DNA of 64,000 bases from Bacteroidota bacterium (lineage in GTDB: Bacteria > Bacteroidota > Ignavibacteria > UBA10030 > UBA6906): NCBI GenBank assembly GCA_017860635.1, contig JAGDMK010000001.1, positions 15,727 to 79,726 on the forward strand. Reading direction: 5' to 3'. This document shows positions 17,884 to 29,000 of this stretch, piece after piece (position 1 is the stretch's first letter; every line of letters starts with the position of its first letter). The notes beneath the pieces were generated by a model that was not told where the DNA came from, made no database searches, and worked only from the letters and a program-made list of their open reading frames with translations. A program made the position numbers and the translations under genes.

Positions 17884-20046
17884 ATGAGGAGCCAATTCAT
17901 GGGCATAGCGCTCGCCGTGGTTCTCGTTTGCGCCTGTGCGCCCGCTCAATGGATACGAACCAACGGACCTTATGGTGGCTACGTCCACGCATTTGCTGCC
18001 AATGACACCAATCTTTTTGCGGCCACTTATGGCAGCGGTGTCTTTCTCTCCACTAACCATGGCAACAGCTGGACGCCGGCCAGCACAGGTTTGACGAACA
18101 GGGGCGTGAATACGCTTGCATTCAGCGGCACGAATCTCTTCGCCGGGACTGAGGGCGATGATGTCTTTCTCTCAACGAACAACGGTGAAAGCTGGACTGC
18201 CGTCAGCACTGGCTTGACGAATCAGTATATCTATGCCCTTGCTGTCTCCGGCACGAATCTCTTTGCCGGAGGTGGCGGCGTATTTCTTTCAACAAACAAT
18301 GGCACAAGCTGGAGTGCGGTCACAACGGGGTTGCCGACGGGATATGATGTCAGAGCTCTCGCCGTTTCCGGGACGAACCTTTTTGCAGGGACTTCTGGCA
18401 ACGGCGTCTTTCTCTCCACCGACAATGGCACCAACTGGACGCCGGCAAATGCGGGCTTGGAGCGCGCTAGTGTCTATGCTCTCGCCATCTCGGGGACGAA
18501 TCTCTTTGCTGGGACTTGGGGTAGTGGGGTCTTTCTTTCGACTGACAACGGCACAAGCTGGTCTTCGGCGAGTACAGGTCTGGTGAGTACATGTATTGTT
18601 GCCCTGGCCATTAGCGGGACCAACCTGTATGCGGGGGCAAGCCCCTCGTGAGGTAGTGCCCCGGCCTCAGGTGGGGTCAATGTTTCGACAGATAACGGAG
18701 CAAGCTGGAGAGCAGTCAATACCGGCTTGACGAATATGTATGTCTTAGCTCTTGGTGTCTTTGGGACGGATCTCATTGCCGGGACTGATGGCGATGGAGT
18801 CTTTCTCTCCACGAACAACGGTGAAATCTGGACAGCTGTCAACACAGGAATAACCAACACAGGTATCAACGTCATCGCTAGGAGCGATACAAATCTCTTC
18901 GCAGGGGCTCATGAGATGGGTATCTTTCTCTCCACAAACAATGGTGATAGCTGGACATCGGTCAGTGCAGGATTGGCGAACATGACTGTTAATGCTCTTG
19001 CATTTAGCGGCACAAGCGTTTTTGCGGGGACAGCGGGTGGAGTCTTTCTCTCCACGAACAACGGTTCAAGCTGGACGGCCGTCAGCGCATGGAGCGGGGA
19101 TGTCTGTGCCTTGTCTGTCAGCAACATGAATCTCTTTGCGGGGACTCATGGTGGCGTCTTTCGCTTCACCAACAATGACAGTAGGTGGACCGCAGTCGAC
19201 ACGCGTTTGACGAACGGGCCTGTCTTCGCGCTTGCTTCCAGCGACGGGTATCTTTTTGCGGGCACTGATCTTGGCGTATTTCGCTCCACGAACGATGGCA
19301 GTAGCTGGACAGCGGTCAACGCGGGTCTACCCGATAGGATGAATGTCCGTGATTTAGCTTTCAGCGGCACCAACCTTTTTGCGGGAACAGCTGAGTACGG
19401 TGTCTTTCTGTCTACAGACAATGGTGATAGTTGGACAGCCGTGAACACAGGCTTAGTCAACACGTGCGTGCAAGCGCTTGCAGTCGCCGGCACAAACCTC
19501 TTCGCGGGGACTGCTTTCCACGGTGTCTTTCTGTCTACAAACAATGGTAACAGTTGGACAGCCGTGAACTCAGGCTTAGCCAACACGGACGTGAAAGCGC
19601 TTGCTGTCAGCGGCGCCAACCTCTTCGCGGGAACAGCTGGAATATATATGCTTTCAGGTCGTTTTGGTGGTGGCGTGTGCAGACGACCTCTCTCAGAGAT
19701 GATTACTTCCATCGGAACCATCACAAACGGTCTCCCCGAAGAGTTCTTGCTCCATCAGAACTACCCAAACCCCTTCAACCCGAGCACCACCATCAAATAC
19801 GAGTTGCCTGCATCGTCTGATGTCAAACTGAGTGTGTACGATGTGCTTGGTCGTGAGGTGTCAGTATTAGTGAATGAGAGAAGGGATGCGGGAGTTCACG
19901 AAGTGAAGTTTGACGGTTCTGGTCTTGCGAGCGGATTGTATTTCTACCGATTACAGGTCCGCCCTCTGGACTCCGCCATCGAGCGAGACTCCAAGAGCGG
20001 AGCTGGCGATTTCGTAGCGACGAAACGACTCCTGTTATTGAAGTAA
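17884..20046 (+). CDS. BNR/Asp-box repeat beta-propeller cargo protein with T9SS CTD (CTD variant with an 18-aa insertion), interrupted by an in-frame TGA at 18649-18651
   Basis: ORFs 17884-18651 and 18727-20046 are in the same frame with no other stops. Signal peptide 'MRSQFMGIALAVVLVCACAPAQW'. CTD 'YRLQVRPLDSAIERDSKSGAGDFVATKRLLLLK'. Confidence 0.6.
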
Positions 20047-20186
20047 GCGGGATGTCAGATGCAGTTTTGGCATGATGGCTTTCCCAGCCATCGAGCCGCC
20101 GAGTGTTCTCTTGCTACACGACGATCCATCGAGTCCTGTTTCAAGTCACTTATTTCCGACAGCGATCGCGTCCTAAGGAGGACAAG

Positions 20187-22754
20187 ATGAAAGACAGGTC
20201 TTTCTGTCTCGCAGATCCATCAACGGCAACGACCCTCAGAAGATATTGCATGGTTCTTCTTTCCTTGGTCCTGTTGTCCGCCGACCTCTGGGCACAACGT
20301 GGAGCCTGGACAAGGAAAGCAGACATGCCAACTGCAAGGGCCGTTGTCTCCGTTTGTGTCGTCAACAACAAGATCTATGTGATCGGAGGAGTGGACAGGA
20401 TCGGCGGTAGTCTCGTCAGCGTGGCTGTCAACGAAGTCTATGACCCTTCAACGAATACCTGGGAAGTGAAGAAGCCTCTGCCGTTACCCAGATCGTTTGT
20501 TTCCACAGCGGCTGTGGACAGCATCGTCTATGCCATAGGCGGCATTCACGAGGGGTTTCATCCCGATGTTGGTACGTCGACAGTTTACGCTTATGATACA
20601 GGGACTGATTCGTGGACCCAGCGAGCAAATATGCTTGGGCCGAGGTATGCTGCATCGCCGGGCGTTGTTGATGGAATCATCTATAATGTTGGGGGTAATC
20701 ATGTTGAGCACAATTGCGAAGCGTACAATCCGGCAACAGACACATGGACGAGGAAGGAGGATATCCCTGAGGCCTACGGAGGTGTAATGGTGGCCTCATA
20801 TGGTGGACTACTCTATGGATTCGGTGGAGGATTTGACAGATCATTCCAAACAGTCTACGCTTATGATCCGAAGACAGACAGATGGACAAAGAAAGCAAAC
20901 ATGCCTACGGCCAGAGCTACTTCCCAGGCCGTTGTAGTCGACGGCAAGATGTACGTCCTGGGAGGATACACTTCTTATCCCCTCGGTGATGTGCTGCCGG
21001 ATCTGGAAGTATATGATCCAGTTGCAGACCGCTGGAAAAAGTTGCCAGACATGCCATTCCCGCGCACAATGTTTGGAGCTGCCGCAGTAAACGGTAAGAT
21101 TTATGTAATAGGTGGAACATTTGACTATCAGATGGGTTTCAACGATGTGTGGGAGTATGATCCCGCATTCCATACGGATATTGCCGCAGGTACGGTCAGC
21201 GGCACCTGGACGCTGGACGGCTCTCCATATCACATCAATGGCGAAATCACAGTACCGAACGACTCAACACTCACCATAGAGCCGGGAGTGGAAGTTGTAT
21301 TCCTGGGGCATTACAAATTTAACGTCCAGGGCAGGCTGCTGGCAGTCGGCACACAACAGGATACGATACGATTCAGAGCTGCGGATACGCAGACCGGCTG
21401 GCACGGGATACGGTTCGAGGATACCCCCAGTACAAACGATACGTCAAAGATCTTCTACTGCTCACTGAAGTATGGAAACGCAAACACAGGCTCTGGTCTT
21501 GATCGAAGTGGCGGTGCAATGCTGATATCTCATTTCGACAAAGTCTTGGTGTCCCACTGCCTGTTTGATTCCAATCAGCAGAGTGGTGATGGGTGGCATC
21601 CGCCCGAAGCAGATGGCGGAATCTTTGTTTACTATGCTTCAACGACAATTACGAATAGTACGTTTTCCAACAATACAAGTTCAAAAAGTAGCGCGATCGG
21701 ATGTGTATATTGTCCTAATGTCATCATATCAAACAACGTGTTTCACAACAACACTGGGAAGTATGGTGCCCTCGCCTGTTGCTACTATAGCCGGGGAACG
21801 ATATCAGGCAACATGTTCTACAACAATGTCGCAACTGAAGCTGCAGGTGGACTGCTCATTGACAACGGTGGGGCGCCGACCATTGCAAATAATGTCATTG
21901 TTCACAACCAAGGCTTCGTTGGCGGCATCTTGTGCTATAAAGGTGGCAAGCCAGTCTTGATCGGAAATACTATTGCCTACAACACAGCCAGCTATGCAGG
22001 GGGCGGTGTTGGCTGTAGTGAGGATGGCAATCCAGTTCTCATCAACAACATCATCTATGGCAATGCTGCTCCTATTGGAAAAGAAGTAGCCCTTGACGAT
22101 GAGTCGTGTGATCCGACTATTCTGTACTGCGATATCGAGGGTGGTAAGGCAGGCCTCGGGGGGACAGGCGCTGGAGCAAGTTATGCCGGGCTTTATGAAC
22201 ACAACATCGACGCTGACCCTCTGTTTGTTGATCCCGCCTCGGATGATTACCGTCTTTCAAATCATTCTCCATGTATTGGTGCTGGCACTGACTCAGTGGA
22301 GATCGCCGCGGTCTGGTACCGTGCTCCTGCATACTGTATAGGAGGGCGTGCCCGACCAAGCCCAGCCGGAACGAGGCCCGATATCGGGGCTTATGAGAAT
22401 CTCTTTGGATCACCAGTTGGTGTCAGTCAAGGGCTAATGAGCCCAAAGGAATTTTCTCTCCATCAGAACTACCCAAACCCGTTCAACCCAAGCACGATCA
22501 TCACGTACGAGTTGCCAAAATCCTCGGTAGTGAGGTTGAGCGTATACGACATGCTTGGACGTGAGGTGGTAGTGCTGGTGAACGAAAGGAGAGAGGCGGG
22601 AGTTCACGAGGTCAAGCTCGACGCGTCGGGATTATCGAGCGGAGTGTATTTTTACCGATTACAGGTCCGCCCTCCGGACTCCGCCATCGGGCGAGACCTC
22701 AAGGACGGAGCGGGGGACTTTGTAGGCACGAAGCGGCTCCTCTTGTTGAGGTAA
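20187..22754 (+). CDS. Kelch-repeat propeller plus parallel beta-helix secreted protein with T9SS CTD (insertion variant)
   Basis: RBS 'aaggagg' then an ATG at 20187. Kelch motifs 'NNKIYVIGG..EVYDPSTNTWEV'. A beta-helix region paralogous to the 10996 gene. CTD 'NYPNPFNPSTIITYELP..YRLQVRPPDSAIGRDLKDGAGDFVGTKRLLLLR'. Confidence 0.75.
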   Translation: MKDRSFCLADPSTATTLRRYCMVLLSLVLLSADLWAQRGAWTRKADMPTARAVVSVCVVNNKIYVIGGVDRIGGSLVSVAVNEVYDPSTNTWEVKKPLPLPRSFVSTAAVDSIVYAIGGIHEGFHPDVGTSTVYAYDTGTDSWTQRANMLGPRYAASPGVVDGIIYNVGGNHVEHNCEAYNPATDTWTRKEDIPEAYGGVMVASYGGLLYGFGGGFDRSFQTVYAYDPKTDRWTKKANMPTARATSQAVVVDGKMYVLGGYTSYPLGDVLPDLEVYDPVADRWKKLPDMPFPRTMFGAAAVNGKIYVIGGTFDYQMGFNDVWEYDPAFHTDIAAGTVSGTWTLDGSPYHINGEITVPNDSTLTIEPGVEVVFLGHYKFNVQGRLLAVGTQQDTIRFRAADTQTGWHGIRFEDTPSTNDTSKIFYCSLKYGNANTGSGLDRSGGAMLISHFDKVLVSHCLFDSNQQSGDGWHPPEADGGIFVYYASTTITNSTFSNNTSSKSSAIGCVYCPNVIISNNVFHNNTGKYGALACCYYSRGTISGNMFYNNVATEAAGGLLIDNGGAPTIANNVIVHNQGFVGGILCYKGGKPVLIGNTIAYNTASYAGGGVGCSEDGNPVLINNIIYGNAAPIGKEVALDDESCDPTILYCDIEGGKAGLGGTGAGASYAGLYEHNIDADPLFVDPASDDYRLSNHSPCIGAGTDSVEIAAVWYRAPAYCIGGRARPSPAGTRPDIGAYENLFGSPVGVSQGLMSPKEFSLHQNYPNPFNPSTIITYELPKSSVVRLSVYDMLGREVVVLVNERREAGVHEVKLDASGLSSGVYFYRLQVRPPDSAIGRDLKDGAGDFVGTKRLLLLR

Positions 22755-22802
22755 TCATAATCGCTGCAATACGCCACATACGATTCTGTCAGAAGCCATT
22801 GC

Positions 22803-23010
22803 CGAAGCCGGGAGAAACTCCGGTTTCGCTGTCTTCTGTGGCGACTGTGTCCGAGTGACTCGACCCCGATGGTCTACAAAGTGTAGGCAAATTCGCGAGT
22901 TGGTCTACAAAAAGCAGTGTGCACAAAAATTCGAAATCGGGAATCGCATAGTATTCACAAGGCTTTCCTGGTAGTCGAATTAAGGAGGTGAATCGCCAGT
23001 ACTATTCGAA
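22803..23010. repeat. DE copy 4
   Basis: Contains 'gccgggagaaactccggtt' and 'ggtctacaaagtgtagg', then 'gttggtctacaaaaagcagtgtgcacaaaaattcgaaatcgggaatcgc..'. Confidence 0.65.
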
Positions 23011-23119
23011 TCATCGCTACTCCTCGATTTTCCATTTTCAGTCAACCCTGGTTACCAGCCAGGTTCCATCTCCGTTCCTGCACACCCCACTCGTCCCATG
23101 AAGCTAGTCAATGCTATCC

Positions 23120-23265
23120 TGTCGTTGACATTGGCCATGGGCCGGAGTATATTTGCATGTTGAACACACGATGGCCTCGTCAGCCATCGAGCCGCCGCTA
23201 TTTGACCCTGTAGTAGTTCCCGGCAAAGAGCCTTTCCCGACGAGCCCTGGCTTGTAGCCGATTGA
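23120..23265 (+). promoter_or_regulatory. PE copy 4: TTGACA(23125-23130)-N17-TATATT(23148-23153) plus conserved hairpin RNA
   Basis: Same architecture as the other PE copies. Confidence 0.5.
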
Positions 23266-23446
23266 TTCTCCAGCCGTTCATTGACGTTTGTGCGCTCTGA
23301 GTCGAAGTAGTAGTCAGTGAGCGACCTGGGGAAAGGTCACCTTTGTCTTCCGTGTCTCCGATCCGTCGATGCACCGGATCAAGGGTATGGGTGCATGGGT
23401 GAATGTGCTCATGTCTCCCAATTCCTTGTCCCAGGAGGGGATAACC

Positions 23447-25183
23447 ATGAAAATCTGTGGACCTACAATATTTCTTTGGTTCGTGATCCTTGCCCTTCTG
23501 CTCCCCACCTTTGCGCTTTCACAATTTACGCGAGAGTGGGTTGCCACCTATGACGGCAGTGTCCCTGATTCGACCGGGTACGTGTACACCAGTTGGGACA
23601 ATCTCCAAGAAATGCTTGTAGACCGGGACGGGAATATCATTCTCGTGGGCGAAACTAACCCGGCCCCTTTTGAATATTCGTTGACCACAGTGAAGTTCAG
23701 TCCGCAAGGGAAGCAGTTGTGGAAGATTGATGTCCCTTTTCCGAAAGGACCCGTGAGCAGTAACTGTCAAATGGCAGTTGATGCAAAAGGAAACGTCTTT
23801 ATTGCCTACGCCGGAGCCGTGGGGGATTCTGCGGGGTGGGTCGTCCGCCGCTTTTCTGCTGCGGGGAGCTTAACCAGAACTTTCATCTTCCCGATAGCGG
23901 AGGATATCGCGGATTGGCCAAACGCAATTGCGATAGACACATCGGATAATATCATCCTTACCGGCAAGAGTAATACGGGCGGGCTTCAGTGGGACTGCGC
24001 GACGATGAAGGCAGATTCGGCCGGTAACCTCCTTTGGACGAGGCTGTACGACAGCGGTGGATGGGATGACGGTCTTGAAATCTGCCTTGACGATTCGAAC
24101 AATATCATGGTGGCTGCCGTCGGAGCGGGGTTCGGTACCGATGACGATATGGTGACGCTCAAGTACGATGGCAACGGGAACCTCTGCTGGGCGAAGGACT
24201 ATAACGGCGGCGGACTTGGATGGACGGATGATTGGCCAGTGTCCATACAATCAGATGCTGCGGGAAACGTCTATGTAACAGGGTATAGCCAACCTTCTGA
24301 GTCTGCCTGGTATGGCATCGCTACCCTCAAGTATGCCCGCGACGGCAGAGAGATGTGGTGCAGGAGAATCGAGGATGCCCTTGTTGGGTGCTTCGATTTT
24401 TCTTCTCATCATACAATGCATGTGGATGACATCGGCAATGTCTATCTTACCGGCAGCACGGATCCTGATTCTGGTTCGGATGACCTCTTGACTTGCAAGT
24501 ATTCGACCGATGGATCTCTGCTCTGGAAGACAATTTACCCGGACAGCGCGCGCGGTGATGACCTAGGAAAGGGGATAACTGTTACACCCTCGGGCCACGT
24601 GGTCGTTGCAGGCGAAGTCTACGAGACGCTCTCGGCAGGCAGGTATCCCACGATCCTTTGCTATGACACTGCGGGCAGAATCGTCGGACGTGATATTTAT
24701 CATGGCAACGTTAGCCCGCTGGAAAAGTGGGCCTTCTCCGTTGCCATGGGTCCGGACAACAGTATTTATCTTTCTGGAATGGATGAAGATTGGGCCACGG
24801 GCCGTGATTTTCTTCTGATCAAGTATTCTCTCACGGTCACAGGAGTTGAATCACCACACAGATTGTCTCTCCCCGACGAGTTCGCCCTGGCACAAAACTT
24901 CCCCAATCCCTTTAATCCGAGCACGACCATCGAATTCGAATTGCCCCTGTCATCGGAAGTCAGATTGAGTGTGTACGATATGCTCGGGCGGGAGGTGGAG
25001 GTTCTCGTGAATGAAAGAAGGAACGCGGGAGTTCACGAGGTCAAGCTCGACGCGTCGGGACTATCGAGCGGAGTGTATTTTTACCGATTGCAGGTCCGCC
25101 CTCTGGACTCCGCCATCGGGCGAGACTCCAAGAGCGGAGCAGGAGATTTCGTGGCGACGAAACGGCTGCTTCTGTTAAGATAG
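23447..25183 (+). CDS. SBBP-type beta-propeller repeat secreted protein with T9SS CTD (insertion variant)
   Basis: RBS 'aggagggg'. Signal peptide 'MKICGPTIFLWFVILALLLPTFALSQ'. Repeated 'G.vyvtGys' units (NVYVTGYS, NVYLTGST, HVVVAGEV). CTD 'NFPNPFNPSTTIEFELP..YRLQVRPLDSAIGRDSKSGAGDFVATKRLLLLR'. Confidence 0.7.
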   Translation: MKICGPTIFLWFVILALLLPTFALSQFTREWVATYDGSVPDSTGYVYTSWDNLQEMLVDRDGNIILVGETNPAPFEYSLTTVKFSPQGKQLWKIDVPFPKGPVSSNCQMAVDAKGNVFIAYAGAVGDSAGWVVRRFSAAGSLTRTFIFPIAEDIADWPNAIAIDTSDNIILTGKSNTGGLQWDCATMKADSAGNLLWTRLYDSGGWDDGLEICLDDSNNIMVAAVGAGFGTDDDMVTLKYDGNGNLCWAKDYNGGGLGWTDDWPVSIQSDAAGNVYVTGYSQPSESAWYGIATLKYARDGREMWCRRIEDALVGCFDFSSHHTMHVDDIGNVYLTGSTDPDSGSDDLLTCKYSTDGSLLWKTIYPDSARGDDLGKGITVTPSGHVVVAGEVYETLSAGRYPTILCYDTAGRIVGRDIYHGNVSPLEKWAFSVAMGPDNSIYLSGMDEDWATGRDFLLIKYSLTVTGVESPHRLSLPDEFALAQNFPNPFNPSTTIEFELPLSSEVRLSVYDMLGREVEVLVNERRNAGVHEVKLDASGLSSGVYFYRLQVRPLDSAIGRDSKSGAGDFVATKRLLLLR

Positions 25184-25345
25184 TCTGTGACTCGAAGCAA
25201 GAGTCAATGAGCCGCCGAGTGTAAATGCACTGCCTTCCCGCCCGATTACGTCGGGCGGAATGGCACTACGGATAGGGGTGAGAATTCTCTAGCGCTGTGA
25301 CAACTCGCCAGCCGCCTGAACCACGACAAGAGGATAGCTCAAAAC

Positions 25346-25642
25346 CTACCACGAACGCCGGCCACCCTGTTGCTTCCCTCCGTGACCCGGTTTGCGCTCT
25401 ACCCGTGGACGAGCTTCTGTCACGTCCATAGACTGACCCTTAAGAGGCTTCCGGTGTAGTCCGGCGATTGCCGCTTCTGCCTGGGCTTTGTCAGGCATTT
25501 CAACGAACGCGAATCCCTTGGAGCCCCCACCGAACTTATCCTTGACCACCTCCACCGATGACAGTGTGCCAAAAGGTTCGAAGGCGGCCCGCAATTCTGC
25601 ATCCGTAACATCGCGCGAGAGGTTTCCGACGAAAAGTTTCAT
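25346..25642 (-). CDS. RRM-domain RNA-binding protein (Rbp-like)
   Basis: RNP-2 'KLFVGNL' and RNP-1 'KGFAFVEM', with a Gly/Arg-rich tail. Confidence 0.85.
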   Translation of the reverse strand: MKLFVGNLSRDVTDAELRAAFEPFGTLSSVEVVKDKFGGGSKGFAFVEMPDKAQAEAAIAGLHRKPLKGQSMDVTEARPRVERKPGHGGKQQGGRRSW

Positions 25643-25769
25643 AATGTTCTTCCGTTTGTTCACATGCTTAAGAGACAATACCAATATACGGCTTTCGGAG
25701 ATAGCGTCCTAATGTCCCGCCGCGGCTTCAAGTCCGTCTCCTGCTACAGGAGAAGCGAAAGAGTCGCCA

Positions 25770-25980
25770 TCCCGTCGTTGACATTGCTCGCTAGCCGGAG
25801 TATATTTGCTCAGTTATGTGCACGATGGCTCCACCAGCCATCGAGTCCGTCATCCTGACATCCTGGGATGACGAGACCTCGTCCCGCCTCCGACGGGACG
25901 GGCCGCCGCTGTTTGACCCTGCAATGGTTCTTTCGCTTTAGAGCCTACCCCGACGACCCCCTGGCTGCAAGCCTCAGAGT
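25770..25980 (+). promoter_or_regulatory. PE copy 5: TTGACA(25778-25783)-N17-TATATT(25801-25806) plus conserved hairpin RNA carrying a ~57-nt insertion
   Basis: Same architecture as the other PE copies. Lies immediately upstream of the sensor kinase gene. Confidence 0.5.
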
Positions 25981-26088
25981 ATAGTGATTCTGACTTGGCA
26001 CCAACTCAGGAGCCAGATCACTCTTTCATGGATTGAATCCCTTGCTCTCCTCATTTGCAGCACTCCGGTTAGTACAAGAAGGCACATC

Positions 26089-29000
26089 ATGTTGTTTCCT
26101 TCGTTGAGAAGCTGCTGGAAACTCAAGGTCCTCCAACCTGTGTGTGTCCTTTTGTTCAGTCTGCAGTGCATTGTATTCTCAGCCCCACGAGAGACAATTC
26201 GATTTCAGCATTTCGGTGTCGAGCAGGGACTCCCGAACAGCGCCGTGAACTGGATTCTGCTGGACGGTCACGGGTATCTCTGGGTTGCCACAGTCGACGG
26301 TCTTGGCCGCTATGACGGATACCGGTTCCAGGTTTATCGAAATAACTCCGAAGACGAAGCGAGCTTGAGCTCCAACGACGTGAGAACTCTTTTTGAGGAT
26401 CGATCCGGGAATTTGTGGGTCGGGACAAATGGGGGGTTAAACAGATTCGACTGGAAAACGGAGAAGTTCAGGCGATACCTTTACAGTGCTCATGACGACA
26501 ACAGCATCAGTTCCGATTCCATCACGACAATAGGTGAGGATGGCAAGGGTGAGTTGTGGATTGGAACGAAGGCTGCTGGCCTGAACACGTTCAACGCACA
26601 TAAGAACAATTTCACGCGGGTGGTGCTTGATACGAGTGCGCGGACGGTGGGAAAAAAGACCTTGTGCGACAACAGAGTACGCGCCATCATTCGGGATCAC
26701 AAAGGGGTTCTCTGGATTGGAACACGAGGTGGGTGGTTGCACAGGCTTGATCCCGTCACGAACGAATTCGATTGCTATCGAAGTGCTCGTACTCATACGG
26801 ACGTTCTCGATCCCGATGGAGTGAGGGCTCTCTGTGAAGACCATTCCGGGAATATTTGGCTTGGGACGTTCGAAGCTGGTATTAAGAAGTTCGATCCGAT
26901 GACGAGGAAGTTCGAGACATTCATCCACAGGTCAGGGGATCCTACAAGCCTGAGCAACAACGCCGTTAATCAGCTGCTTGTTGATCGAACGGGCGATCTG
27001 TGGATCGCGACATTTAACGGAGGCCTCGATAGACGACGCTGGCCGGAAAGGAAGTTCAAGCATTATGTGAACAACCCTAAGGACCCCGTAACCCTGAGCA
27101 GTGATAACGTCACTTCTCTTTGTGAAGATCAATCCGGGACGGTGTGGGTCGGGACTGCAGTTGGCCTTGACAAATATGTTGCAGGAATGAATATCTTTCG
27201 ACACTTCTCTCACGACCCTGACGATCCGAAGAGCCTGAGCAACAATTTCGTTGCATCGATCAAGGAGGATCGCTCGGGGAATCTGTGGGTCGCTACGTTT
27301 GGTGGGGGACTCAACCAATTCGATCCAGCAACCGGAGTGTTCGAACATTTCTTGCATAGTCCCAGAGACGCGGGTAGCATCTGCAGCAATTACGTCACCG
27401 GTCTCTGTGTGAGTCGCTCGGGCTCGTTGTGGATCGGCACGATGGGAGGAGGTCTTGACAAGCTTGCTCCTGGAAGCCGGAAATTTCAACACTATCCGAA
27501 AACCAGAAGTGACACACGCATCCGCACAATCTATGAGGATGGATCAGGCCTGTTGTGGTACGGCACATACAGTGCGGGACTGAAGAAATTCAATCCCCGA
27601 ACGAATCAGCTTACACATTTCTTTCAGGACCCGAATAATCCTCATAGCGTGACCAGTAATGTGGTTTGGGAGTTCGAAGTGGATACTGCCCGTAAGAACG
27701 AAGGGCTCCTATGGATTGCAGCCAATCATGGATTCACGAGATGTGACATGAAGCGTGAGAAATTCCAACAGTTCTTTCCGGACACTCAATACACGAGTCG
27801 AAGCAATAACATCATGCAGACTCACCAGGATCACTCTGGCACGCTCTGGCTTGCAACTCTGGGCGGTCTCTGGGGCTTTGAACCGAAAACCGGGGCCTTC
27901 GAGCACTTTACCAGCAAGGACGGTCTGGCGAATGACCTTGTTTGGAATTTGGAAGAGGATGACCATGGACGGTTGTGGATCGCGACCGGCAGCGGTCTTT
28001 CCCGATTTGATCCTCGCACGAAACAGTTTAGGAATTACGATGCCGGGGACGGGTTGCAGGGAATCCGCTTCAATTATGGCTGCCACAGCAAACTCAGAAG
28101 TGGCGAACTGTGCTTCGGAAGCACCGATGGTTTCACCATGTTCCACCCTGATAGCGTAAAGGAGAACACGCACGTTCCCCCAATTGTCATTGCAGGTTTC
28201 AGGAAGTTCAACAAACCGGTCGACATTCGGGAGGCCGTTGGTCAGTCCGGCGCGGTCGAGCTTTCATACAAAGAAAACATGTTCTCCTTTGAGTTTGCTG
28301 CATTGGACTTTGTTCGCCCCGAAGAGAATCAGTACGCCTACAAGCTCGAGGGGTTTGACAAGGATTGGGTGTACTGCGGCACGCGCCGATCGGCAACGTA
28401 TACAAACCTCGATGGCGGAGAATATGTCTTTCGAGTTAAGGGAGCGAACAATGATGGTGTTTGGAACGAAGAAGGGGCTTCCATGGCTGTCATTATCACG
28501 CCCCCGTTCTGGGCAACATGGTGGTTCCGGATACCGGCAATGATCGCTCTGCTTGGCATTGTCGGCAAAACAGTCCGGTACGTTGAAAAGAGAAAGCTGA
28601 TGAGAAGAATCGAACAGTTGGAACTGGAGCAAGCCCTGGTGAACGAACGTGCCCGCATTTCACAAGACATGCACGATGAGATTGGGTCCAGTTTGTCAGA
28701 GATTGCCATACTGGGTGAGTTGGCGAGAAAGAAGCCAGAGGAAGCGGAAAGGTACATTCAGCAGATCTCCGAACGCGCAGCGGAGGTGATTGACAGTGTC
28801 AGCGAGATCGTCTGGGCGATGAATCCGAGCTACGACACACTTGACAGTCTCGTCGCTCGCATGCGAAGGGATGCGGTCAAATATTTGGGCTTTGCGAACA
28901 TTTCCTGCAGGTTCGCTGCTCCTGACGTTGTTCCTAGCCTCCCCCTCCGCGCTGAACTGCGCAGGAATCTTTTCCTTGTCGTCAAGGAAGCTCTTCACAA

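Noticed and set aside
5795-20046. Alternative genetic code (UGA read as Gly or Trp, code 25 or 4) to explain the three in-frame TGAs
   Set aside because: TGA is used as the evident terminator of many well-delimited genes here (lnt at 3960-3962, 3964-5745, 9101-10729, 10996-13305, hisS and others), often followed immediately by an RBS and the next start.
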